Assembly: GCA_024402635.1 (NCBI GenBank)
Contig: JAKSTJ010000007.1
Location: forward strand, 7,188-71,187
DNA from: Treponema sp.
Lineage (GTDB): Bacteria; Spirochaetota; Spirochaetia; Treponematales; Treponemataceae
DNA length: 64,000 nucleotides
Direction: 5' to 3'
Under the pieces are notes generated by a model. The model was not told where the DNA came from. It saw only the letters and a list, made by a program, of their open reading frames with translations, and searched no databases. A program made the position numbers and the translations under genes. This document shows positions 16,899 through 26,857 of the stretch, piece after piece; within the stretch, counting starts at the first letter, position 1, and each line of letters begins with the position of its first letter.

Positions 16899-17363
16899 TT
16901 AAAGATTCATAACCATTCCTGATTCAGAAGCTGTAAAACCTAATGATTCATATAAAGGTCGTCCCATTTCCGTAGCGTCCAGACTGATTTCCGTACAACC
17001 TTTTTTCTTTGCTTCATCAATCAAAAGTTGAACCATTTGTTTTGCAATGCCCAGACCTCTATATTCTTTCCGGGTATAAACATTCATTAAATGAGAACGA
17101 TTTCCTGTAGGATGAGAAAAAGTCGGCATTATCCAGATATAAGACATACTGGCACAACCAATTACCTCTTTTCCGTCAAAAGCCAGCACTGTTGTTTGAT
17201 TTCCACTTTCAAAATATTTTCTGCTTTCGGTCACAAATGAATCATCATACAAATATTCATCTGAAAGATTATTTACAACTCTAAGCATTTCAAGACGAAT
17301 TTTCATCGCAAGTTCTATATCTGATTTGTCCGCTTTTTTGTATGTAATTGTTCGATTTTTCAT
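16899..17363 (-). CDS. GNAT acetyltransferase
   Basis: MNVYTRKEYRGLGIA, GRPLYESLGF. Confidence 0.9.
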   Translation of the reverse strand: MKNRTITYKKADKSDIELAMKIRLEMLRVVNNLSDEYLYDDSFVTESRKYFESGNQTTVLAFDGKEVIGCASMSYIWIMPTFSHPTGNRSHLMNVYTRKEYRGLGIAKQMVQLLIDEAKKKGCTEISLDATEMGRPLYESLGFTASESGMVMNL

Positions 17364-17386
17364 AATATTCCGATTTTATATAAATC

Positions 17387-18052
17387 TTATTCCCAAAAAG
17401 TAATATATTCCTGATCTGACAGAGCCTGGTAAAAATTTATCTGCATTTCAATTTCTTCTGTAATTATTTTCTTTGCAGTTTCAGTTCCAAATTCCTGATT
17501 ATCACGATGCCATTTATAATAACCGATTTTATCCCAGATAAAATTAAGTCTTTCCTGATGTTCCATTTTTGAAATATTACTTTTTTCTAAAGCAAGAGCA
17601 ATTTTATATGGACCAAAACGATCAATATCATCTGCATTTCCAACTGTTAAAGAAAAGGCATTTCTGTCTCCTTCAATTTCAGTTTTTCCAGATTGATGAA
17701 TTGCAATTCCAAAAACCATATCTTCCAGAAGTTTTCCAGAATAACCAAGACTTTCTAAAAAAGGACGAACAATTTCAGCTCCAACTGGACCATGCATTTT
17801 CATGTTGTTTCCTTCCTGAAGTTCATCATCAGAATAACCTATATCATGAAGTAAACATGCAATCTGAATGGCTTCTTTATGTTCTTCATCAAAACCTTCG
17901 CTTTCTGCAATTTTTAATCCAGCCTTACATACTCTTATTGAATGTTCAATGCGATATCTTTTTCGTCCGGCATTTTCTGGTTTCTTATAATATTCTGATT
18001 TTTCAAAAGCTTCCTGTAGATATGAATAGGCTTTTTGTAATTTATCTGTCAT
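17387..18052 (-). CDS. HD-domain phosphohydrolase
   Basis: EHSIRV, LLHDIG, HGPVGA, ADDID; start MTDK after GGAGG. Confidence 0.85.
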   Translation of the reverse strand: MTDKLQKAYSYLQEAFEKSEYYKKPENAGRKRYRIEHSIRVCKAGLKIAESEGFDEEHKEAIQIACLLHDIGYSDDELQEGNNMKMHGPVGAEIVRPFLESLGYSGKLLEDMVFGIAIHQSGKTEIEGDRNAFSLTVGNADDIDRFGPYKIALALEKSNISKMEHQERLNFIWDKIGYYKWHRDNQEFGTETAKKIITEEIEMQINFYQALSDQEYITFWE

Positions 18053-18171
18053 TTCTATGCCCTCCATTGTTTTTATTGTAATAGCAATTTTTATTTTTTT
18101 AAATCTGTCTGATTAATAAAACCTTTTGATACATCGTAATAAAATTTATTTAATGATAAGTTTTTTTGTAG

Positions 18172-18432
18172 AACTCAAAATTAACTTTTGTAACTGAACC
18201 ATGTTCTAATTCTTCAATTAGAGATTCTATAATTCAGCTTTTTGATGGAAACTGGAAGTCATTAACTCTTTCTGGATCTATTGATAAAGGTACTGTGTCT
18301 GGACAAAATATTAATCTTCCTTCTAAAACAGGAACTTTTGTCTATACAATCAAGGACCCTCTAGAAGTAAAAAATGGTCTTGTTATACAATGTTATGGAG
18401 TTAAGATTATTAAAATAACTCCCACTGAATAG
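18172..18432 (+). pseudogene. Orphan 3' gene remnant (beta-rich domain, no start)
   Basis: 86 open codons ending ...QLFDGNWKSL...KNGLVIQCYGVKIIKITPTE, with an in-frame TAG immediately upstream and no start codon or RBS. Confidence 0.45.
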
Positions 18433-18465
18433 AAAATAAAAGATTAAAAAAAAGAGATTTAAAAA

Positions 18466-19128
18466 ATGACACTAATTGCTACTGGAAATACAGCTGAAGT
18501 TTTTGACATGGAAGATGGTACTGTCTGCAAATTGTTTAAACAAGGTTACGATAAATCTTCCATTCAACTGGAAATAATTAACACACAAATCATAAATAAA
18601 ACTGCACTGAACACAGCAAAGTTTTTTAAGCAGATTGAAATTGAAGATCGAACCGGAATTATTTATTCAAAAGTTGATGGTAAATCTTTGCTCCAGGAAG
18701 CAGAAACCTGCCAGACTCCAGAACAGATTACTTCACTTTTACAGGATCTGACAAACTTGCAAAAGCAGCTTCATACAAACAACACAACCGAAGGAATTTC
18801 TTACAAAGATTATCTTTCTTTTTTCAACTGTAAAAATATTGAAAATCTCCCGGAAGGAAACACCATTTGTCACGGAGATTTTCATCCTGGAAACATAATC
18901 CGTACTGAAGAAAACAAACTGGTTTTAATTGATTTTATGAATCTTTGCCGTGGTCCAAAAGAATATGATATTGCCAGAACTTATGTGCTTCTTACAGAAT
19001 ACATTCCAGACCCACAGCTTAAAGCCTTTATTGGAAACACTTATCTTAGTCTGATGGAAACAGATTTTTCAAAAGTCCAACTATTTCTGGCAGCTGTAGA
19101 AAATTGCCGTAAACAGGAAATGCTTTAA
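18466..19128 (+). CDS. Aminoglycoside phosphotransferase / choline-kinase-like protein
   Basis: IATGNTAEV, CHGDFHPGNI, LIDF, YDIA. Confidence 0.85.
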   Translation: MTLIATGNTAEVFDMEDGTVCKLFKQGYDKSSIQLEIINTQIINKTALNTAKFFKQIEIEDRTGIIYSKVDGKSLLQEAETCQTPEQITSLLQDLTNLQKQLHTNNTTEGISYKDYLSFFNCKNIENLPEGNTICHGDFHPGNIIRTEENKLVLIDFMNLCRGPKEYDIARTYVLLTEYIPDPQLKAFIGNTYLSLMETDFSKVQLFLAAVENCRKQEML

Positions 19129-19655
19129 TTTTTACAAAGCTTACCAATTGTACCAGCTGTTCTGATTGTAAGTTTTTCTCCAATTCCGGCAGCGGCAGTT
19201 TTTTTCCACCAGTTGCACTTCTGATATTTGGTTCTGTCAAAAGTCCAGAAAATTACATTTTTATAAATCTGAATTTGTTCCAGTTCATTTGAAGGTTCAC
19301 CAACCAGATGGCAAACATCTTCAGGAGAATCATCTGTCAAAACAAAAATCAGATTGTCGTATTTTTCTTTATTACCAGAATTCCACCAGGCAGGAGCATT
19401 CTCTAAAATCTCTTTCAAAGTTTCTAGTTCAATTACATAAACTGGAATCTCAAGTCCAAATTTCTGGAAAATCAAATTTTCAATTACTTTCTTCGGTTCA
19501 ATTTCTTCACAGGAAAAAATAACATTTCCGCTGTTCAAATAAGTTGAAACTTCCATAAAACCGGCAGCTTCAAATTCCGCCTTAAGTTTTGCCATTTCAA
19601 TCTTATTTTTTCCACTGATGTTTATTCCTCGTAAAAAGGCTGCATAGTTTTTCAT
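19125..19655 (-). CDS. DUF1697 family protein
   Basis: AFLRGINISGKNKIEM...TYLNSGNVIF...TIR. Confidence 0.85.
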   Translation of the reverse strand: MKNYAAFLRGINISGKNKIEMAKLKAEFEAAGFMEVSTYLNSGNVIFSCEEIEPKKVIENLIFQKFGLEIPVYVIELETLKEILENAPAWWNSGNKEKYDNLIFVLTDDSPEDVCHLVGEPSNELEQIQIYKNVIFWTFDRTKYQKCNWWKKTAAAGIGEKLTIRTAGTIGKLCKN

Positions 19656-19667
19656 CTATCTTTCCGT

Positions 19668-20123
19668 TTATTCCCCAGCTGGAATTTCACTGTTTAATGA
19701 TTTATTTCTGTAATTCAAATTTGTACGCAAAGAATAACCTTGCTTTTCCCAGAAGGCGTTTCCCTTTTCATTATCGTTAAAAACCAAAATGAAAATTTTC
19801 TGAATGCCTTCTTTATGTAATGCTTCTTCAGCTGACTTCACCAACTGACTTCCAATTCCGCCCCGCTGAACTTTTGGATTTACACAAAGATGATGAACAA
19901 TTCCTCTGCGTCCATCGTGGCCACTTAAAATTACTCCAATCAGTTCTCCATTTTCTGAAACTGCCTTAAAACAAGTTGCAGGATTTCTGCGTAAATATCG
20001 TTCAATTCCTTCCCGGCTGTCATCAACAGGATTAAGTGCACGTTTACTCATACCCACACTATTCCAAAGTTCAGAAATTGAATCATAATCTTCTATTAAT
20101 AATGATAAAATTTTTACTGACAT
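19668..20123 (-). CDS. GNAT acetyltransferase (YpeA-like)
   Basis: GHDGRRGIVHHLCV...QRGGIG, FWEKQGY; start MSVK after GGAG. Confidence 0.88.
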   Translation of the reverse strand: MSVKILSLLIEDYDSISELWNSVGMSKRALNPVDDSREGIERYLRRNPATCFKAVSENGELIGVILSGHDGRRGIVHHLCVNPKVQRGGIGSQLVKSAEEALHKEGIQKIFILVFNDNEKGNAFWEKQGYSLRTNLNYRNKSLNSEIPAGE

Positions 20124-20133
20124 AATCTTCTCC

Positions 20134-20190
20134 AATTCGTTCGTCCAAGCGAACATGTCTAATAAACAGAGTTTTTATAAAACTCGAATT
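20134..20190. repeat. Three-arm cloverleaf intergenic element, copy 1
   Basis: Homologous to 20808-20864; see findings. Confidence 0.7.
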
Positions 20191-20227
20191 AAAAAAATGG
20201 GAATTTCTAAAATTCTTTCAAAAAAAT

Positions 20228-20752
20228 TTACATTATTTCTTTTAAAATTGGTTCAATAAACTTTTTGTCAGAAATATCGTAAGATTTAGAAATCAATTCA
20301 GCTTTTTTAAGTTCATCTTCTGTAGCATCTTTTTTCGATGCCAAAGCCTTTGACAGCATTTTCATAGCAAATCTTGAAGGCCCTTTCATTTTGTCATAAT
20401 TAATTCCACCCGGGCAGTAGAAAAGTTTTGCCATTGATTTTTCTTCTTCTGTAAAAACACCATCCATAGCAGCTTTAAGTTCTTCTGCTTCGGCTGGTGT
20501 TGCTCCAACTGCAAATACAACAAGTTTTTTTCCTGCTGCAGATAAGGCTGGCATTTGTTTTTTAAACCAGGAAAGTTTTGTAATGCTTCCAGCCAAACAC
20601 CAGCCGCCAAATACTATTGAATCGTAATCCATAAGATTTAATTTTGCTGCTTTTTTAAATTCTACACATTCACAACCGGCAGATTCACTTATCCATTCTG
20701 CATATTTTTTTGTAAAACCTGTCTGACTGTTATAAATAACTACTGCTTTCAT
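20228..20752 (-). CDS. Flavodoxin-domain protein (HemG-like)
   Basis: VIYNSQTGFTKKYAEWI, FGGW.LAG, FYCPGG. Confidence 0.85.
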   Translation of the reverse strand: MKAVVIYNSQTGFTKKYAEWISESAGCECVEFKKAAKLNLMDYDSIVFGGWCLAGSITKLSWFKKQMPALSAAGKKLVVFAVGATPAEAEELKAAMDGVFTEEEKSMAKLFYCPGGINYDKMKGPSRFAMKMLSKALASKKDATEDELKKAELISKSYDISDKKFIEPILKEIM

Positions 20753-20771
20753 TTTTACCTTCCTTAAAATT

Positions 20772-20897
20772 GTAAACCGCAAGTTGTTTCAACAACTGAG
20801 GATTTTTAATTCGTTCGCGAAAGCGAACATGTTCAATAAACATAGTTTTGAAAAATCTCAAGTTAAAATCAACGACGATATTTTAGCCGTTGATTTT
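20772..20897. repeat. Composite palindromic element: GTAAACCG hairpin, cloverleaf copy 2, then a further hairpin
   Basis: 20772-20805 matches 7039-7074; 20808-20864 matches 20134-20190. Confidence 0.7.
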
Positions 20898-20903
20898 ATA
20901 CCC

Positions 20904-21362
20904 TCATATATTTTTTATATTTTTTTCCATTCTGGAAATAATTTTATAAACTGTTTTAATTTCTTCATCTGAAATGTCTTTATACAAAAGCTGCATAAAT
21001 TCCATTTCTTTCTGACTATATTTTTCTGCCATTGGCTTTAACTTTTCTGTAGGATAAATTCTTTGCTTACGTTTGTCGTTTTCATCCTGAACTAAAACTA
21101 CCAGTTCTTTTTTGCAAAGACTGTTCAATATTTCTTTTACATTTTGACGGGAACAGCCCATAGTTTCTGCCATTTCATTTGCAGTTGGAGCTGTATCTGG
21201 ATACAACTTCATGCAAGCCAGCAAAAAAAATTGTTTACAGGTTATTTCTTCATAAAAAGAATCTCCTTTGGCCTGAAGTCTGTTCATAAATGCAAAAAGC
21301 AAACCAAACAATCCCATTTGAGGCGGCATAAATTTCAGTACTTCGTCAGTATTAATTTTCAT
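20904..21362 (-). CDS. MarR-family regulator
   Basis: ITCKQF, EMAETMGCSRQNV, DENDKRK. Confidence 0.88.
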   Translation of the reverse strand: MKINTDEVLKFMPPQMGLFGLLFAFMNRLQAKGDSFYEEITCKQFFLLACMKLYPDTAPTANEMAETMGCSRQNVKEILNSLCKKELVVLVQDENDKRKQRIYPTEKLKPMAEKYSQKEMEFMQLLYKDISDEEIKTVYKIISRMEKNIKNI

Positions 21363-21426
21363 TATATGCAATATATTGCTTATTATATTTAAAGTCAATT
21401 TATTTCATTCAGTTTCTTTTGTTTTT

Positions 21427-22332
21427 TTAATGATTTAATTTTTCAAATGTATCCAGAATATCTTTTTCAATTCCTTTACCAGAAAATGATTGGTTTAAAT
21501 AAAGTTGTGTAATTTCCGGTTTTTGATGCTCATAATTTATTACAAGTATTCCAATTGAGTTTTGTTCATTTTGAATAACAAATTCTGCCATTAATGGATT
21601 TTGACGAATTTGTTCTCCAGAAAGACTGGAATCTGCATTTTTTAAGATTGTATCAAAAAGCACTGGTTTTTCTTCTGCCCGAATTAAATGATATCCATTA
21701 TTTTTTTCATCAGGATTTGAATACATAAACTGACATGGAACCCAAGCTTTTGTCCATGCTTCAAACTGATTTTCATATTCTTCTGGAGGATTTTGAGGAA
21801 TGCCATCTGTAATTTCATAAGGTTCTTCAAAAATTCCAGGATAATTCATTCCATTTTTTTCAAATTCATAAATCATATAAGGATCCCAGGAATTTCCTTC
21901 AGCATCTGTGATTCCCCGTTCTTTGCAGCGAATAAAACCTTGTTTTGGATAATAATCTGGTTCTCCAACAATCAAAACTCCTGGAAAACCTGCATTTTTT
22001 ACCAGAGGCAAAGTTTCTTCCATCAATTTTTTTCCAATTCCAAAATTTCTGTATTTATGACTTACACACAATGGTCCAAAACTGGCAATTTGAATTTCTT
22101 TTCCATCAGGTTGAATAATTTTTGCCTTAAAATACATAATTACACCGGCAATTTTTCCATCAACAACCGCAATTCTACTTAATTCAGGTAACCAGGCAGA
22201 ATTCTTTCTCATAAGATGAATCATATAATGCTCATTACATCCTGGTTGATATTTATTCCAGAAAGATTCACGTACCATTTTTTCAGTTTCAAAATAATCT
22301 TTTTCTGTTTCTGATCTAATTTCAATTTTCAT
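21427..22332 (-). CDS. GNAT acetyltransferase (YhbS-like) with a partial second GNAT-like tail
   Basis: FGPLCVSHKYRNFGIG, GEPDYYPKQGF; start MKIEI. Confidence 0.82.
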   Translation of the reverse strand: MKIEIRSETEKDYFETEKMVRESFWNKYQPGCNEHYMIHLMRKNSAWLPELSRIAVVDGKIAGVIMYFKAKIIQPDGKEIQIASFGPLCVSHKYRNFGIGKKLMEETLPLVKNAGFPGVLIVGEPDYYPKQGFIRCKERGITDAEGNSWDPYMIYEFEKNGMNYPGIFEEPYEITDGIPQNPPEEYENQFEAWTKAWVPCQFMYSNPDEKNNGYHLIRAEEKPVLFDTILKNADSSLSGEQIRQNPLMAEFVIQNEQNSIGILVINYEHQKPEITQLYLNQSFSGKGIEKDILDTFEKLNH

Positions 22333-22489
22333 TTTATCTTCCAATATAGTTTTTATTTTATCATACAAAAGAAAACCTACATTATAAATAAAGTAATAGT
22401 TTAAAAAAAAGAAAGCGCAACGAAGGGGTTTCATCACGCTTTCTAAAAAAAAGTCGATTTAGGAGATAATCATTTTTTTTTGTGAAAAA

Positions 22490-23578
22490 TTATTTTAATA
22501 TTTCTTTCATAACTTTGATGAACTTATCGTTCATTTCTGCAGTACCAATGCTGACACGGTTCATTCCAACTGGAGCACCAATTAAAATTTTCTGTTCAGC
22601 AAGTTTTGCATAAATTTCTGTGTTTTCAAGTTTTGGTGCCTTAAACAAAATAAAGTTTGTCTGGCTTTCGTAAACTTTACAACCAAGAGCTTCTAATTCT
22701 GCTGTAAGTTTATCTCTTTCGATAGCATTTAATGCAGCAATTTTATTAATATATTCCTGATCTTTTATTGCTTCTGCAGCCATCATCTGACCAAGGAAAC
22801 TGATGTTCCATGCTGCACCAGATTTTCCTAAATAAGAAATTAAATCTGGATTTCCTGCTGCAACACCAATACGAAGACCTGCCATTCCGTATGCCTTTGA
22901 GAAAGTTTTCAAAACTAAAAGAGGTTTTTCATAACCTTCGTTTATAAGTTTAATCATACTGTAAGTTTCAGGACGACTAACAAATTCAAGATAAGCTTCA
23001 TCAATAACAACTAAAACTGATTCTGGAACTTTTTTAATAAAAGCTTCAAGTTTAGCAGAATCTGTAAATGTTCCTGTTGGGTTATTTGGATTACATACTA
23101 CAATCATTTTTGTTTTAGAAGTGATTGCTCCAAGCATTGCATCCAAATCATATTTCATATCTGCATCAAGTGGAATCATTACTGGTGTAGCACCTGCAAC
23201 GTTTACTGTATCACGGAAGGCTTCGTAACTTGGATCTCCAAGAATAACTTCGTCTCCTGAATTAAGGAAAACTTCTCCAAGAATATTAATAAGTGAACTT
23301 GAACCAGTTGCTGTACAAACGTGCATCATATCTGGAAGTCCGTGAAGTTTTGCAAAATTTGTTTTAAGTTCTACAGAGAACCAGTCAGGATAAATATTTG
23401 GTCTTTTACATGCTTCTTCCAAAGCTTTAATTGCCTTTGGACTTGGACCATAAGGACTTTCATTATAATTCAAACGATAAATATCTGGAGTTGTGTAACT
23501 ACTTACTGGCTGACGAGCCGCTCTTTTACTTTCTGGTAATGCCTTAATTGAATCTCTTAATAATGTTCTGTAATCCAT
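22490..23578 (-). CDS. hisC: Histidinol-phosphate aminotransferase family
   Basis: LNYNESPYGPS, CNPNNPTG, DEAY, TFSKAYGMAGLRIG; start MDYRT. Confidence 0.8.
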   Translation of the reverse strand: MDYRTLLRDSIKALPESKRAARQPVSSYTTPDIYRLNYNESPYGPSPKAIKALEEACKRPNIYPDWFSVELKTNFAKLHGLPDMMHVCTATGSSSLINILGEVFLNSGDEVILGDPSYEAFRDTVNVAGATPVMIPLDADMKYDLDAMLGAITSKTKMIVVCNPNNPTGTFTDSAKLEAFIKKVPESVLVVIDEAYLEFVSRPETYSMIKLINEGYEKPLLVLKTFSKAYGMAGLRIGVAAGNPDLISYLGKSGAAWNISFLGQMMAAEAIKDQEYINKIAALNAIERDKLTAELEALGCKVYESQTNFILFKAPKLENTEIYAKLAEQKILIGAPVGMNRVSIGTAEMNDKFIKVMKEILK

Positions 23579-23809
23579 TTTTTTCTCCTGTGTAAGCTCG
23601 CCAGTCAGAGCGAGCGGTGTAGTTAATCTTTCTTTTGATGTTTTGGAGTTTATAAAATCCAGTTTCAAAATCCTATAAAAAGGCTACAAAAGTTTTTTAG
23701 GATTTTTTGTAGCTTTTACAATTTTTATTAAGAAAAATTGACTTTCATCATCTTAAATCAATAAGATGTGAAAAACTTTTTAAGGAAAATTTTACGGAGG
23801 CCACAGATT

Positions 23810-25183
23810 ATGGAAGCAGAACTTATAGAACCAAAAATTAAATTTGACAGGAAGTTCCTGATAAAACTTGTATTGCCTCTTGTAATTGAACAGATTCTGG
23901 CAGTTACAGTTGGTATGGCTGACATGATAATGGTATCTGGAGCCGGAGAAACTGCAGTTTCGGGTGTTTCATTAGTAAATACAATTTCAAATCTTTTGAT
24001 TTATGTGTTTACTGCTCTGGCAACTGGTGGCGCAGTAGTTGCATCTCAGGCAATTGGAGCTAAACAAAAAGACACAGCAAATACAGTTTCAAATCAGTTG
24101 ATTTTGATTTGTTTTGCATTTGCTATTGTAATTACAGCAGTTTGTCTTTTATTAAACCGACAGATTCTGGGCTTAATTTATGGAAATGTTGAACAGGCTG
24201 TTATGGAAAATGCAGTAATTTATTTTTACATTACCGCCCTTTCTTTTCCTTTTGTCTCGGTATATTACGGAGCAACTGCTCTTTTTAGATCTATGGGAAA
24301 TTCAAAATTAAGCATGTACGTTTCTACAATTATGAACGTTTTGAACATTATTGGAAATGCAATTTTTGTTTTTGGATTTAACATGGGAATTGCAGGTGTT
24401 GGTTATGCAACTTTAATTAGCCGTGCCGTTGCAGGTGTAATTGTAATTTTTGTTTTACGAGACCAGAAGCTGGATCTTCATATTGATAAATACATGAGAC
24501 TTGGTTTTAACTGGGGAATTCAGAAAAAAATTCTTGCACTTGGTATTCCAAGCGGTGTTGATAATGCCATGTTCCAGATTGGCAAACTTTTTACACAGGC
24601 TCTTATTGCAAGTTTTGGAACTGCCAGTATTGCTGCAAACGCTACCGCCAGTACAATTGAACTTTTAGCAACAATTCCGGCCTCTGCAACCGGACTTGCC
24701 ATAACTACAATTGTTGGTCAGTGTGTAGGCGCTGGAGATTATACCTCTGCAAAAAATTATACTAAAAAGCTGATGTTCTGGGCTTACGTAATGTTGTGGA
24801 TTGAAAATCTGTTTATTGTAATTCTAACACCAACAATTGCCAGCTGGTATCAACTTTCGGCAGAAGGAGACCGATTGGCAAGAATTTTAATGTGGTACCA
24901 TTCTGCATGTTGTGTTGTTATGTGGCCTGCTGCCTGGTCTTTACCTGCAGTTTTAAGAGCATCTGGAGATGTAAAATTCCTTATGACTTCTTCAATCATA
25001 ATCATGTGGATATTCAGAATTGGTTTTGCTTACCTTTTGACCTGGATAAACGGATTGTTAGGTTCTCCAATTCCAGGTGTACTTTGTGTATGGATTGCCA
25101 TGACAATAGACTGGTTTGCCCGCTGTGTAACAAATCTATGGCGTTTAAAAAGCGGCAAATGGATGAAAAAAGCTGTAGTTTAA
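23810..25183 (+). CDS. MATE efflux transporter
   Basis: About 12 hydrophobic segments; PLVIEQ, RSMGNS, LRASGD; GGAGG RBS. Confidence 0.9.
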   Translation: MEAELIEPKIKFDRKFLIKLVLPLVIEQILAVTVGMADMIMVSGAGETAVSGVSLVNTISNLLIYVFTALATGGAVVASQAIGAKQKDTANTVSNQLILICFAFAIVITAVCLLLNRQILGLIYGNVEQAVMENAVIYFYITALSFPFVSVYYGATALFRSMGNSKLSMYVSTIMNVLNIIGNAIFVFGFNMGIAGVGYATLISRAVAGVIVIFVLRDQKLDLHIDKYMRLGFNWGIQKKILALGIPSGVDNAMFQIGKLFTQALIASFGTASIAANATASTIELLATIPASATGLAITTIVGQCVGAGDYTSAKNYTKKLMFWAYVMLWIENLFIVILTPTIASWYQLSAEGDRLARILMWYHSACCVVMWPAAWSLPAVLRASGDVKFLMTSSIIIMWIFRIGFAYLLTWINGLLGSPIPGVLCVWIAMTIDWFARCVTNLWRLKSGKWMKKAVV

Positions 25184-25202
25184 CTTTTTTAAGGAGAAAA
25201 AT

Positions 25203-26015
25203 ATGGAATATACAACTTTAAATAACGGACTTCTTATGCCTGTAATTGGTTTTGGAACTGTAGGCCTTAATGATGATGCAGGAGAAAAAATAATAATTGA
25301 GGCAATTCAGTCTGGTTATGAAATGATTGATACAGCAAAAATGTATGGCAATGAAAAGATTGTTGGTAAAGCCATAAAACAATGTGGAATTGCCAGAGAA
25401 AAATTGTTTATTACAACAAAATTAAATGAACCATACAACAGTTATGAACTGGCAAAAAACGGCATTGAACAATCTCTGGAAGATTTGCAGTTAGATTATA
25501 TTGATTTGTTTTTAATTCATGAGCCATATACTAACGCTTTAGAAATGTACAAGGCTCTATGTGAAGCTTTTGAAAAAGGAATTATTAAAGCAATTGGTAT
25601 TTCAAACTTTAACATTCGTCGATATAAAGAATTTATTAAAGAATGCCAGATTATTCCTGCAGTAAATCAGATTGAATCCAATGTTTTCTATCCTCAACTT
25701 GAACTGGTAAAATTAATGAAAGAAAACGGAACTTTAGCAGAAGCCTGGAGTCCATTTGCCAGTGGAAAAAAATCTATAAATGATAATATAATATTATGCG
25801 AGATTTCTTCAAAATATGATAAAACTCCAAATCAGATTGCGTTACGATATCTGATTCAAAATGGAATTATGGCTATTCCAAAATCTACAAATCTTCAGAG
25901 AATTAAACAGAATCTGGATATTTTCGATTTTGAATTAAGTCAAATTGATATGGATATAATTAAAACTCTGGATGGAAAAAAATCTTTTGCATCTTGGATG
26001 AAAGATTGGGAATAA
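25203..26015 (+). CDS. Aldo/keto reductase (2,5-DKG reductase-like)
   Basis: IDTAKMYGNE, LFITTK, GISNF, IPKS. Confidence 0.92.
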   Translation: MEYTTLNNGLLMPVIGFGTVGLNDDAGEKIIIEAIQSGYEMIDTAKMYGNEKIVGKAIKQCGIAREKLFITTKLNEPYNSYELAKNGIEQSLEDLQLDYIDLFLIHEPYTNALEMYKALCEAFEKGIIKAIGISNFNIRRYKEFIKECQIIPAVNQIESNVFYPQLELVKLMKENGTLAEAWSPFASGKKSINDNIILCEISSKYDKTPNQIALRYLIQNGIMAIPKSTNLQRIKQNLDIFDFELSQIDMDIIKTLDGKKSFASWMKDWE

Positions 26016-26025
26016 CAGGATAGAA

Positions 26026-26706
26026 ATGTTTCTGACAAAACTAAAAAACAATAAAACTGATTATGTTCATGTAATTTCTGCTCTGGAACATCCAAAAAAA
26101 CTTATTATTTCCAAATTTTCTGATGCTGTAATAATTCATTGTACTACAAGCAACGTGCATATTGTTGAATATGAAGGCTCTGATTTAGATGATTTTTGCA
26201 ATTTTCTAAAAAAATTGAAGATTGTACGCCTGCAGACAACTAACGAAAATATATATAAAAAACTTCTGCCATTTTTTAAACACAACTATTTTTGCTGTCA
26301 GGCAATTTATGAAAAAAAAGACAATTATTTTCCAAAGGAATTTAAATTGCTCCAGAAAGCTGATTTGCCTTATGTTCAGGAAACTTATGGTATGTCTGAA
26401 TATATTCTGCAGCTTTTTGAACGAAACAGAATTTTTGGTTGGTATGAAGAAAATCTATTAAAAGGTTATGTGGCTTTTCATATTGATGAAACAGTTGGTG
26501 CTCTTTTTGTAAAACCAGAATTCCGAAAAGAAAGTTTAGGTTCAAAAATTATGAAAGCTGCCTTTGAAAAATATGATTCTGGTACTGCCTATGCCCAGAT
26601 TATTTCTGAAAATGAAGCTTCTGTAAAACTTCACAAAAAAATAAATTGTACTTTCAGTTCAAAACCGGTTTACTGGCTTTATAACGAAGAATATAACTAT
26701 TCTTAA
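26026..26706 (+). CDS. GNAT acetyltransferase (FR47-like)
   Basis: GALFVKPEFRKESLG, NEASVKL. Confidence 0.75.
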   Translation: MFLTKLKNNKTDYVHVISALEHPKKLIISKFSDAVIIHCTTSNVHIVEYEGSDLDDFCNFLKKLKIVRLQTTNENIYKKLLPFFKHNYFCCQAIYEKKDNYFPKEFKLLQKADLPYVQETYGMSEYILQLFERNRIFGWYEENLLKGYVAFHIDETVGALFVKPEFRKESLGSKIMKAAFEKYDSGTAYAQIISENEASVKLHKKINCTFSSKPVYWLYNEEYNYS

Positions 26707-26827
26707 GAATATCCTTCTTTCTTTCTGAAATTGGTTTAGAATCTTACAAAAAAATTTAAAACTAAAAAGGGGCGTTGCGGGAACTCCCGCTGGGTGGGTA
26801 GCGGAAAAGGCCGAAGGGCTTTGAAGC

Positions 26828-26854
26828 GAGGGAGGGGCTCCTCCCTCTTTTTTT
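26828..26854 (+). terminator. Intrinsic terminator-like hairpin
   Basis: GAGGGAGG-GGCT-CCTCCCTC followed by T7, between convergent genes. Confidence 0.6.
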
Positions 26855-26857
26855 ATC

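Noticed and set aside
5354-26706. Classical integron cassette array (many GNAT/TA genes)
   Set aside because: Genes lie on both strands, there is no intI, and I found no repeated attC consensus after each gene.
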